From Deltaproteobacteria bacterium (lineage in GTDB: Bacteria > Desulfobacterota > Binatia > Binatales > Binataceae), in contig JAKBMB010000028.1 in assembly GCA_021831785.1 (NCBI GenBank), positions 162,620 to 226,619 of the forward strand: a stretch of DNA of 64,000 nucleotides, written 5' to 3'. The notes beneath the pieces are model-generated. The model saw only the letters and a list, made by a program, of their open reading frames with translations. It had not been told where the DNA came from and did not search any database. The position numbers were made by a program, and so were the translations under genes. Of the stretch, positions 18,109 through 28,931 are shown one piece after another; the stretch's first letter is position 1, and every line of letters starts with the position of its first letter.

Positions 18109-18483
18109 TTAGTCATGCGACCCTCCTTGCCTGAAAATACGGATCCCCGCCGACCGAACCAGCCACAAACTGCCGGCCGGCCGATGACCACCGAGACCTG
18201 CAATTAGAGCTCTTAGTGCTTTATTCAAATGAGCACGCTTGGGTTTTCTGGGCAGCCGAAGAACTATTATTCCGGGATAATCGGCCGGATTATGCACGCA
18301 AGGATCGGCCAAACCCCGGTCCAGGCTGATGAGAGCCCGGCCTTCAACTCGACAGCGATCCAGTATTTCGTGGTCGGAAGCTGATAAGAGAGCTTGTTCG
18401 GCAACGCTGCGAACGTCGTGGCCCGCTTCGCACAACATATCCGCGCCGCGCCTCCCTAGGTTTTCGTCCAACTTCAGTTTCAC
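18109..18483 (-). CDS. DUF5615 (PIN-like) protein, putative toxin
   Basis: KLKLDENL...GHDV...ASDHEIL...ALISLDRGL pattern; 4-bp overlap with the upstream DUF433 gene. Confidence 0.6.
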   Translation of the reverse strand: MKLKLDENLGRRGADMLCEAGHDVRSVAEQALLSASDHEILDRCRVEGRALISLDRGLADPCVHNPADYPGIIVLRLPRKPKRAHLNKALRALIAGLGGHRPAGSLWLVRSAGIRIFRQGGSHD

Positions 18484-18764
18484 TCGCTGTCGCCAAGGAC
18501 GATGTCAACAAAGCGCCCGCGCGCCATCTCCGCACCGTAGGCTATACAAGCGCGTATGTCAGCCTCTTCGATACCGGGATAGTCGTCGAGAATTTCTTCG
18601 ATGGTCATCCCGCCCGCCAGGAAGTCGAGGATTAAAGACACCCAGATTCGATGGCCGCGAATGCAAGGTTTGCCATGGCATACGTTCGGATCGATTGTGA
18701 TGCGCGAAAGAAGGTCCTCGCGGCCCACGCTTCTGTCACGAGCTGGCTTCTTGTTCTTCTTCAT
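18480..18764 (-). CDS. DUF433 protein, putative antitoxin
   Basis: ITIDPNVCHGKPCIRGHRIWVSLILDFLAGGMTIEEILDDYPGIEEADIRACIAYGAE DUF433 signature. Confidence 0.65.
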   Translation of the reverse strand: MKKNKKPARDRSVGREDLLSRITIDPNVCHGKPCIRGHRIWVSLILDFLAGGMTIEEILDDYPGIEEADIRACIAYGAEMARGRFVDIVLGDSE

Positions 18765-18934
18765 CAGAGAGCCTCCATCGTGTCTCGACGCCCTAAGGAT
18801 TTTTTACGAGTGCTCTGCCGGAACGACGCGCTCTTGCATAAGAGCAGTCCCGAAACCAAACGCCCGATGGATGTCCTCGCGCTCCGGCTCAGGCCATTCC
18901 CGCCTACTTCATCCAGCCCCCGCACCGGTTTCGC

Positions 18935-19540
18935 TTACTTCTGTCCTTTTGTCTCCGATGGACCGGACGGCCGCATCTCGACCTTTGTCACCCGGGCGTC
19001 CCTCGCCGGTTCGATCAGCAGCCCCTCTGCAATCTTGAGGACTGCCCGTTCCGTATCGTCAAGCTCATCTCCCCTGCCTCGCTCGCGCCTCGCGTCGACA
19101 ACCAAGTTTAGTAGATCGGCTTGAGTCCGGTTGTCTGCCGCCTTTTCGCCTGCCTCGACAGCGCGTCGTAACGTGTTTTCTCTTCGCCAGTTAGTAATGA
19201 AGTCGGCGATAACGCGTAGTAATCTTCCTACTACCATGCCCGATACCACCAACTCGACGAGACCAGGCGAGGACAGGCGCACGCGATGTATCCGCATCGC
19301 TTGAGAGTCGCTCGGGCCTACCCAGGGAGGCGATTGCGCCAGCCATCGCCAAGCTAGGTTCGTTCCCCAGAACGGATCGGGACGGCTGTAGAAAAGTGGC
19401 AGATACGGTCTCACGCCGTCCTCCACGACGGCGAAAATGAGGCGGTAAGCACCGTCTATGCTAGCCAGTAGCTGTGCGAGCTCCGCAGCTTTCCAAGTGC
19501 CGCCTAGTTCAAAACGAATCACTCCGGCTTCGTCGGGCAT
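18935..19540 (-). CDS. hypothetical protein (no recognisable domain)
   Basis: 201 aa ORF in a lower-GC patch next to the TA pair; no motif recognised. Confidence 0.4.
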   Translation of the reverse strand: MPDEAGVIRFELGGTWKAAELAQLLASIDGAYRLIFAVVEDGVRPYLPLFYSRPDPFWGTNLAWRWLAQSPPWVGPSDSQAMRIHRVRLSSPGLVELVVSGMVVGRLLRVIADFITNWRRENTLRRAVEAGEKAADNRTQADLLNLVVDARRERGRGDELDDTERAVLKIAEGLLIEPARDARVTKVEMRPSGPSETKGQK

Positions 19541-19622
19541 GAGACTACTACTCCCCCGTTAACGATCCCTTGAATAGATCGCTCTGAGAGTCTTCTGCCG
19601 AGGCAGCGCGTGCGGGAAAGCG

Positions 19623-21080
<1,458 letters not shown>

Positions 21081-21088
21081 TTAACTGC

Positions 21089-22822
21089 TCACTGCGCGCC
21101 GGAGAGTTGGTCGGCAGTTCCCGCCTCGTAAGCGGGCAATGTGACGGTCGCCGTGGTGCCCTTGCCCAGTTCGCTGTCAACCTGGATAGTCCCGCGGTTG
21201 GACAATACTATGCGCTGACACACCGACAAGCCCAAGCCCACTCCGGAGCCGGCCGGCTTGGTAGTAAAAAAAGGATCGAAAATGCGGCGCAGATGCTCGC
21301 GCGGGATGCCGATTCCGTTGTCGATCACCTGCATCATCACCCGGCTTGCGCGCTCGGCGCCGGCCTCCCCAGGCTCGTTGCGCGTGACGACGCGGATTAC
21401 CCCGCTCTCGTTGAGCCCCGCGTCCGCGGCGTTGAACAGCAAATTGAGCAGCACCTGCTGCACTTCCTTGTCGTCGGCGAATACCGGCTTTAGGTCCGGC
21501 GCCAGTTCGGCCTCAAGGCGCAGACCCTGAAGACGCTTGCTGTAGGAGATGAGCCGCAGACTCTCGTTGACTAAAGCATTGAGGTCAATCGTTTTGCGCT
21601 GCGTCACCGACGGGCGGGCAAAATTGACCAGGTCCTTCAGCGTCCCCGAAATTCGCGTGATCTGCGACAGGATTGTGTGCAGCGTCATGCGCCGATTAGG
21701 GTCCTGCTCGCTAGTCAGCAGCGACTGCACCAAGGAAAAAATCGACGCCAGCGGATTGTTGACTTCATGCGCCACGCCGGCGGCGAACGTGCCGGCCGCG
21801 GCCAGGCGCTCAAACTTGAGCAATTCCTCCAGCATCTCGCGCCTTTGCGTCACGTCGCGCAGGGTCATCTGAATGAACTGGCTGTCGCCGTAACAAATCA
21901 GCGCCGAGTTTACGTCGAAATAGTGGCCCGCGATGGGCAAGTCATAAAGCTGGTCCGACCCGCGGGCCTTGACCGCTTCGAGGTGGCGCCTGGCGCCCGA
22001 AGCGACTGACGGGGAGACCAGGGCCCAGATAGGTTTGCCGAATATGTCATGGTCGATCATCCGCTTGCGTAATCGCTCGGCGGCGGAATTGAGGCTAAGA
22101 ATAATGCCGCTGTCGGGGTGTACGTTGAAAATCGGATCGGGGGCAAGGTCGATGGCGCGCCGATACTTCTCTTCCGACGCGCGCAAAGCGTGCTCGCGCG
22201 ACTCGATGTAAAAATGCGCCACCATCAGGCGCCGCTCGTCGATCGCTCCCACCACCGCGTCGACCAACTTGCGCTGCATGCGAGCGGGCGCGCGCGCATA
22301 AACGTGGTCAAGCAAAACCCGCTTGAGCGCGATATGAACCGCGTTGAAGCCCGAAGGGCTCGCGCGCGACAAAATTCCCTCCTGACAATGCTTGCGCAAA
22401 TAGACGTAGGTCTCGATGTCCTGCGGGTCGCGCAGATGTGAGACAAGGCGACACAGCGCGTTGCGCAGGCTTACTTCCAAATCGTCCAGCTCGGCGACCG
22501 AAACCTCGTTACACTCGACACGGTTGATCTGCTCGACCGCATTTGCCCACTGCTTGGCGATCTCCTCCAAGTTGCGATCGACCAAGTCGGCCGCCTGCCG
22601 CTGCACGCGCAGTGCAACCGGCGCGCAGCCGTAGACCCCGGGAAACAGCGGCTCCAACATCAGCCGAATCTTGTCCAGTTCGGCGCGGATCGCGGCGCGT
22701 TCTTGGTCGCTGACCGAGAGCGGCTCATCGGTCGGCTGATGCAACCGCGTGACCGCGCTCAAAGCGCACTCCCTGTCGCCGTTCGCGCCTAAATCCTTCA
22801 TCCTTTTCGGCAAGGAACTCAT
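21089..22822 (-). CDS. sensor histidine kinase (PAS + HisKA + HATPase)
   Basis: HEVNNPLASI H-box; N/G-box region DNGIGIP...GVGLGLS. Confidence 0.85.
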   Translation of the reverse strand: MSSLPKRMKDLGANGDRECALSAVTRLHQPTDEPLSVSDQERAAIRAELDKIRLMLEPLFPGVYGCAPVALRVQRQAADLVDRNLEEIAKQWANAVEQINRVECNEVSVAELDDLEVSLRNALCRLVSHLRDPQDIETYVYLRKHCQEGILSRASPSGFNAVHIALKRVLLDHVYARAPARMQRKLVDAVVGAIDERRLMVAHFYIESREHALRASEEKYRRAIDLAPDPIFNVHPDSGIILSLNSAAERLRKRMIDHDIFGKPIWALVSPSVASGARRHLEAVKARGSDQLYDLPIAGHYFDVNSALICYGDSQFIQMTLRDVTQRREMLEELLKFERLAAAGTFAAGVAHEVNNPLASIFSLVQSLLTSEQDPNRRMTLHTILSQITRISGTLKDLVNFARPSVTQRKTIDLNALVNESLRLISYSKRLQGLRLEAELAPDLKPVFADDKEVQQVLLNLLFNAADAGLNESGVIRVVTRNEPGEAGAERASRVMMQVIDNGIGIPREHLRRIFDPFFTTKPAGSGVGLGLSVCQRIVLSNRGTIQVDSELGKGTTATVTLPAYEAGTADQLSGAQ

Positions 22823-23138
22823 GCAACAAGCCGCCTGCTGCGAGCCACGACCACGGCCGGCACGGCGCGGCGGACGAAGCGACAGAGGATAAAATTACCT
22901 ACACAGCCGCCGGCGTCGCGGCATTGAAAGCCCGCCGCCGCTCGTCGTCACAGGCCGCGTCTGATCGATAGCTCTATTTAATGTTAACACTCGCTAATTG
23001 GTCACGCCACCGCTCCTACCACTGCGCGCTATAGCCTCTTCTGGCGCACAACCGTTGGCGTGAGAAGCGCACGCCGAAACCCGCGGTCGCTTTTTTCGCT
23101 GAATTTGTGAATAATCCGGGTTATAAGGCGGAGGTGAA

Positions 23139-23879
23139 ATGATGCGTATGCGCTACTTGGCGATGGCTGCGATGGCAGCGTTGTTGGCGGTTGCTCCATG
23201 GAGAGGGGCGTGGGCGCAAAGCCCGCAGCCGTCCGCTAGTCCGGCCCCGGAAGCTGAGCAAGCACAACCGGGTCAGCCCGCGCAGGTGGCGGCCGCCCCG
23301 GTCGGCGTGGTGATTGTTGAGGAAGATGTAGTGGTCCCGCTAATCGGGGAGCCCGAGCACCATTTCCGCCACGCCCTCAAGTATTTTCAAAAAGGCAAAA
23401 ATGAGCAGGCGGCGCAACAGATCCGCATCGGCGCAGCGCTGCTCAGGCTTGAGGCCGGGCGCCACGAGGCTGCAAACAAGGAAGGGTTGCAAAGCGCAGC
23501 CGATGACTTGGACAAGCTTGCGGACGAGGTGAAGCAGGGCAAGGTGAAGTCGCCGAAGCAGCTTCAGCAGTCTTTCGCGAAAGCCGATCTTGCTTTGGCG
23601 CGGCATTACCAGAAAATGGCGAAAGATTCGCTGAGTGAAGCCAATGGCAAAAAGACCGGAGGTTGGCTTGCGGCGTCGGCCGACTATGTGGAACGCAGCG
23701 CCCACTGGGTCGGCCACAAGTTCGAGGCAGGCGAGGCGACAGTGGTGCGCGGAGCGCGCGCTCTGGGACAGAAGCTCAAGGCCGGGGGCAGCGCGGCATC
23801 GGGCGAGGTCGACAAAGGCGCCGACGCGATCGGCAACGAAGTGGATAAGCTCAGCGGCAGCCAGGGCGCGGCTAAGTAA
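23139..23879 (+). CDS. secreted hypothetical protein (helical, Ala/Lys-rich)
   Basis: Signal peptide MMRMRYLAMAAMAALLAVAPWRGAWAQ; GGAGG SD; divergent from the sigma54 TCS. Confidence 0.5.
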   Translation: MMRMRYLAMAAMAALLAVAPWRGAWAQSPQPSASPAPEAEQAQPGQPAQVAAAPVGVVIVEEDVVVPLIGEPEHHFRHALKYFQKGKNEQAAQQIRIGAALLRLEAGRHEAANKEGLQSAADDLDKLADEVKQGKVKSPKQLQQSFAKADLALARHYQKMAKDSLSEANGKKTGGWLAASADYVERSAHWVGHKFEAGEATVVRGARALGQKLKAGGSAASGEVDKGADAIGNEVDKLSGSQGAAK

Positions 23880-23974
23880 AGACCGGTCGCGTCTTTCGGG
23901 GACGGTTCCGAGCGGCCGCGGCTCGTCGCAGGCGGGATAGACCCGGGGCGAGATGGAAATGCGCTATAGCAAAG

Positions 23975-25291
23975 CTAGGGCGCCGGCGGGGCAATAGCCT
24001 CGAGTTCTCGTCCCGCGGTCTCGGGATAACACAAGTACATCATCAGCGACGCCGCCGCCCAAAACCCAGTGAGCGCGCAAATCGAGCTCCAGTGCGAACC
24101 GAGGACCCTATAGAGGACTTCTTCCAGAAGCAGCCCGAGGGCGCCGCCGGTCGTTCCAGCCACTATCTGCGCGCTGGCCGCGGCCGACCGATGCGAAGTC
24201 GGAAACAGCTCGGCGCTATAGACGCTCATTATCGTGCCGGAGGCCGTGTCGAAGAAAAGACGCAGAATCCAGACGGCCGCCACTATGTTGCTGCGCGTGA
24301 GGTAAATCCAAACCGTCAGCAGCGCTCCCAGGAACATGAAAAGCGCTCCGCTTAAGCGCCGGCCTCGGTAGTCGCTCACCTGTCCTCCGAAGACGCTGCC
24401 CAGAATCCCCAGGGCGCCGCCGAAAACTATCAGGAATGAGACCTGCGGAGCGGACCAGCGATGCGCTTCCTGAAGGTACTTGGGGAAAAAAAACGTCGCC
24501 GCGGTTGCACCCATCGCGTTGAGGAACGCAACAGTGACAACCGTTAGGAGGCGCCCCGGATAGGTCCTGAACAGCGCGCTCAAGGGCTCAAGGAGACGAG
24601 CGGGCCGAATCCCGCCCAGCTTCTCGGCCTCGAAGCGTTTGCTCTCGGGCAAAATCCGGCGCAGCGGCACGACGAGCGGAAGCGGCAGCAGCGCGAGAGC
24701 ATAAAGCCCGCGCCATCCGTAGGGAACAACGTCAATCAACGCAAACACCATCGCGGCCAGCCCGTAACCGCTAATGGCCAGCGCGCCTTGCAGTCCGACG
24801 GCCCATCCCCGCACTGCGGCGTCTACTTCTTCAGCCAGGATAACGAGCGAAACTGTCGTCTCCGCGCCGGAAAAAGCGCGGCTCGCAAATTGCGCCGCCA
24901 CGAAGCTGCGCTCGTGAGGCGCGATCGCGCTCAGCCCGGTGAATACCGTGTAACCGACGATGGTATATAGCAGCAGGCGGCGCCGCCCGAAGACATCCGC
25001 CAGCGGCGCGATCAGAAACGACGCCAGATAACCCAATCGGATCGTCGCGAGCATCCCGCCCAAACGGGCCTCGGCTATTCCCAGTCCGCGCTGAATCTGA
25101 GCCAGCGCAAGGCTTAGCAAAGCGCCGTCGTAGGTATCGAAGAAACCCGCCGTGGTCGAGATTGCGAACACCCGCCACTGTCGCGGCGTGAACGGGGGAA
25201 TCTGCCGCCCAAGAAACGTCCTTTGCCCGCGGCTTGCGGTCCGGTTCACGGTTTCATCGCCGGCAACGTCCTGGCGCGGAGTTTTGCTCAT
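23975..25291 (-). CDS. MFS transporter
   Basis: 438 aa; 12-TMS-like; GRRRLL motif. Confidence 0.75.
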   Translation of the reverse strand: MSKTPRQDVAGDETVNRTASRGQRTFLGRQIPPFTPRQWRVFAISTTAGFFDTYDGALLSLALAQIQRGLGIAEARLGGMLATIRLGYLASFLIAPLADVFGRRRLLLYTIVGYTVFTGLSAIAPHERSFVAAQFASRAFSGAETTVSLVILAEEVDAAVRGWAVGLQGALAISGYGLAAMVFALIDVVPYGWRGLYALALLPLPLVVPLRRILPESKRFEAEKLGGIRPARLLEPLSALFRTYPGRLLTVVTVAFLNAMGATAATFFFPKYLQEAHRWSAPQVSFLIVFGGALGILGSVFGGQVSDYRGRRLSGALFMFLGALLTVWIYLTRSNIVAAVWILRLFFDTASGTIMSVYSAELFPTSHRSAAASAQIVAGTTGGALGLLLEEVLYRVLGSHWSSICALTGFWAAASLMMYLCYPETAGRELEAIAPPAP

Positions 25292-25683
25292 CGCAGTTGT
25301 TGAGCAATGGCCTGCACCGGGCTCGCGCGCCCGGGATGCCGGCGGGGAGAACGCAGCTCGCGGCGCTCGGCGTATTGGTCTTTTTGAGCCACAACGTTAC
25401 GTAGTCGCGCGCCGCAACCGTCGAAGCGATCGGCGGCGCTTGCGCCTAGCACGATTAGATAAGCCCCGTGTCAGCGCTGCAATCGCACCGCCCGGAAAGA
25501 TCGGCTGCTCACCCGAGGCGCGGACAAAAAACAAGCTGGGTCAATGTGGTCGGCACGGGCGCATGGTTGCTTCGCGCGGCGCACAGACACAACCCCACCC
25601 ATAGCTGATGACCAATCAGACAAGAGCGGATAGCTCGGACTCAGGCCGCGCGCTCGGGTAAGGGCCTGCAAGCGCGTTGATGG

Positions 25684-26685
25684 TTGCGTGTGGAACGCTT
25701 GTCTACGAGCTTTTGGAGCCCTATCATTCGAAACATGTCAAGCGAAAAACGCCTCGGGCCTTGGGCCTTGGACTCGGTTCATAACGTCGATTGCCTAAGC
25801 GCGCTCAGAGAAATACCGTCGGACAGCTTCGATGTTGTCGTTACATCGCCGCCGTATTGGGGCCAACGCGAATCCTCGGGCGTAGGAAGCGAAGCTGATC
25901 CTCGGGACTATGTCCGCAATCTGACAGAAATTTTGGCCGAAACTCTGCGGTGTCTCAAACCTTCCGCAACGCTTTGGTTGAATATCGGTGACGCCTACAA
26001 CACTCCGATCAACTGGCACGAGAGCGATTTCCGCTTCAGTTCGCTTGGACCTCAGAGCAACGGTCTGCCAGCCTCTAATTCCGCCTACACAAAGAAACGT
26101 GGACGACGCCGAGCATTTATCGACAAGCATGAACGATGGCTTCAATATGGGAATCTGCTTGGGCTTCCCTATCGGGTAGTTTTCGCCTTGTGCGATAGGG
26201 GCTTTTTATTTCGAGGCGAAGTCATCTGGGAAAAGTCGCGTCCGCTGCCTGAAGGCCGCTGTCGACGGCCGCATCGGGGACACGAGGCGATCTATATCTT
26301 GGCAAAGACCGAACGACATTCTTTTCGCACGAGTCCGCCTGTGGGATCAGTTTGGAGGTTGATTCAGACGCCGAATTTAACGCCGCATTGCTCAACATTT
26401 CCGCTCGATTTGCCTATACAGTGCATTGCAGCCGCGGGCGTAACGGGCAGGGGAATCATATTTGATCCGTTCATCGGCAGCGGCACGACCGGCAGGGCAG
26501 CACTGATGCTTGGGCATCACTATCTTGGCTTCGAAATAGAGCAGAGCATCTGCAACTTAGCGAGACGATACATCAACGAGCCCTGCCAGAGCGTCCTGAT
26601 AGCGCCTGAGCGATTACGTCTTGTGCGAAGTGATCCGGCTGTTTCAGCAAGTCCAAAGTATAAATCCGCTTCCCTGAAGGCGTAA
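25684..26685 (+). CDS. DNA methyltransferase, beta class (N4-cytosine or N6-adenine; PF01555-like)
   Basis: Motif IV VVVTSPPY precedes motif I FDPFIGSGTTG (beta-class order); region GC ~52% vs ~68% elsewhere; start may be M18. Confidence 0.75.
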   Translation: MRVERLSTSFWSPIIRNMSSEKRLGPWALDSVHNVDCLSALREIPSDSFDVVVTSPPYWGQRESSGVGSEADPRDYVRNLTEILAETLRCLKPSATLWLNIGDAYNTPINWHESDFRFSSLGPQSNGLPASNSAYTKKRGRRRAFIDKHERWLQYGNLLGLPYRVVFALCDRGFLFRGEVIWEKSRPLPEGRCRRPHRGHEAIYILAKTERHSFRTSPPVGSVWRLIQTPNLTPHCSTFPLDLPIQCIAAAGVTGRGIIFDPFIGSGTTGRAALMLGHHYLGFEIEQSICNLARRYINEPCQSVLIAPERLRLVRSDPAVSASPKYKSASLKA

Positions 26686-27392
26686 CGCCCAGGCTCGGCA
26701 CGGTTCGGCTATTCGCAGAATAACAGTTGTCAAAAGACCCATGCTGCTCGATGTACCTGCGTTTATCGCTTGGTGCATCAGGCGTCCCAAGCTCCCCTCG
26801 ATTAACCGGCGCGCCATGCGGGGGCGGAAACGACTTCACATCCAACGTCCAAAGGGGCTGGTACGTCATCGGACACGCGCTCAGCTAAACTGGCTTTCAC
26901 GTGAACGCCGCCGAAAATCCCTCTTCTTTCCCTTTCCACTTCCAGATATAGACCAACATCGAGCTTAGAGCCCCCAATCCGTTCGGACAAGCCCATCACT
27001 TCAAGAGCAGCCTGTTTCTCTTTCCGACCGATGAGCGCTGCGATCCTGATGCCACGGGGCGAAAGCACTGGCCTATACAGTCATTCAACACTTATTTCGA
27101 GTGTATCGCCCGAAGCCCGAACCCAACTCTGCTTGGGGTCTTGATGCCTTCGAGACGACAGCAGCTCGCAATAGAGTCGATATACCACGTGATGCCATAT
27201 GTCGCTGGCATTGGCCTTCGACGAACGACGGAGAGCAAATAAAAATGCATTGGCGATCACATCGCGATTCTTGGTGCCCGAGCGCTCAAGTTCCGTTGCC
27301 ATCTGCGTCCGTGTGGCTTCATATATATTTTCGCTCAGACCGGGCAGATCGATCACCACGGCCACGTTGTTAACTTCCGTCTTGAGACGCAT
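26573..27392 (-). pseudogene. three consecutive frame-broken ORFs (103, 88, 98 aa) convergent on the methyltransferase; possible decayed gene (candidate restriction endonuclease remnant)
   Basis: Low-GC DNA; three successive different-frame ORFs spanning ~820 bp with no intact long ORF. Confidence 0.25.
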
Positions 27393-27668
27393 AACGAGCG
27401 TCTATCCTACTCGTTTCGGCCGTGGCTGGACTAGGCACGCTGCTGCTTCGCCTCAGTTGTGCGTCGCGCGGGCCAACTGGTAGGATACGCTGGTCTGGCG
27501 CTCGCCGCCGGGGCAATTCATTTAGGTGTGGCGGCACAAGAGGGGGACGGATGGGCTTAGCCTGCGCGCTGCGAGAGATCGCTCTCGCTCTAGCGCGCGA
27601 ACGAGATCGTTGCCGGTTCTCGGGGGCAAGCGGCCGCGCAGCCGGGGGCCGCGTGAAGGGATGGTTGA

Positions 27669-28694
27669 ATGCGCCTTTGCGTAGGGAGCTCGAAGGGAAT
27701 CATCATCCTTGACCCGGACCGTGGAAGCGCGCCGCTGATGGTGCACGCCGAACCGGCGCCGGTATGGTGTCTGGCGGCCGATTGCCAGGACTCACAGTTT
27801 ATTTATGCCGGTTCGAACGAGTGCGTCACGATGGGCAATGCGCGCGGGATGCGCACGCTCGCGCGCTCGTGCGACGGCGGGAGAAGCTGGGAAGACATCA
27901 CCCCGCGCGGCACCGCTGACGAAGACACTTGGACCATCGCCGCCTCGCCGGTCACGCCCGATCAACTGTTCGTCGGCACTTCGCGCGGCCGGATGTTGCG
28001 CAGCGACGATGGCGGCCGCACTTTTGCCGAGTGCCTTGGCTTGCGCGAAGCGCGGGCGAGGGCGCGCTGGGAGCCTGGTTGCGCCGGACACAGCCCCCGC
28101 ATCAGATCGATCGCTTTTGACCCGCGCTCACCCACAACGCTCTACGTCGCGGTCGAGCGCGGCGGAGTACTGCGCTCTCGCGACGAAGGCTTAAGCTTCG
28201 AGGCTTTAGACGGCGGCCTTCATCCCGACGTGCACGGCATCGCTGTTTCCCCTTATGATTCGAGGTTGCTCTACGCCGCCACGGGAGGCGGATTTTATCG
28301 TTCGGAGAACGCGGGAGCGTCGTGGGCCCGGATTCAGCTCGATTGCGTCCGCACTTACGCGCTTTCGGTTTTAGCGGCGCCGGAGCCTGCCGGGCTGGTT
28401 CTGACCGCGGCCGGCTTCGGCCCTCCGCAGACCTGGGGAGGATCCGCCGGGGCGCGGGCGCGAGTTTTCCGCAGCGTCGACCACGGCCGCACCTTCAACC
28501 CGGTGCTGCTCGCGCTGGGGGAGGATCCCACGCCGGCGATGATCATGGGAATTGTGCAAAATCAGGCGCGCCCGCAAGAGCTGTTCGCGATCACCAACCG
28601 CGGCTTTGCCCTGCGCTCGCAAGATCGCGGCGAGACCTTTGCGCCAATGGCGGCGAGTCTCCCGCCCGCGTACTCGCTCGTCGTCTTGGCTTAG
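27669..28694 (+). CDS. BNR/Asp-box repeat beta-propeller protein (Ycf48/sialidase-like fold)
   Basis: Six S-x-D-x-G-x-(T/S)-(W/F) motifs spaced ~50 aa apart: SCDGGRSW, SDDGGRTF, SRDEGLSF, SENAGASW, SVDHGRTF, SQDRGETF. Confidence 0.7.
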   Translation: MRLCVGSSKGIIILDPDRGSAPLMVHAEPAPVWCLAADCQDSQFIYAGSNECVTMGNARGMRTLARSCDGGRSWEDITPRGTADEDTWTIAASPVTPDQLFVGTSRGRMLRSDDGGRTFAECLGLREARARARWEPGCAGHSPRIRSIAFDPRSPTTLYVAVERGGVLRSRDEGLSFEALDGGLHPDVHGIAVSPYDSRLLYAATGGGFYRSENAGASWARIQLDCVRTYALSVLAAPEPAGLVLTAAGFGPPQTWGGSAGARARVFRSVDHGRTFNPVLLALGEDPTPAMIMGIVQNQARPQELFAITNRGFALRSQDRGETFAPMAASLPPAYSLVVLA

Positions 28695-28931
28695 CTGCAC
28701 CGGCCCCCTCCTTCTCGAAAGCCGATTCATTTAGGCTGCTTAGGTCCGAACGCCTGCGGGCTCCCGGCCGTGCGTCTTTGCACTCCCTACAGCGGGCCGC
28801 CACCGCCGTCCGTCAAGCCCAGATAACGGTCTCCACGAGCCCAAAACTCGCGCTCGAAGACCCGACCCGGGCTTGACAAATAGCGATCATGATGGCGAAG
28901 TAAAGGCAAAGGTGCTCTGAGAGGTGCTTTT

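Noticed and set aside
23036-23064. Possible sigma54 -24/-12 promoter (tggcgcacaaccgttggc) upstream of the secreted hypothetical gene
   Set aside because: GG and GC dinucleotides are not at the canonical 10-bp spacing and the -12 element is TTGG rather than TTGC. Reported only as a weak lead.
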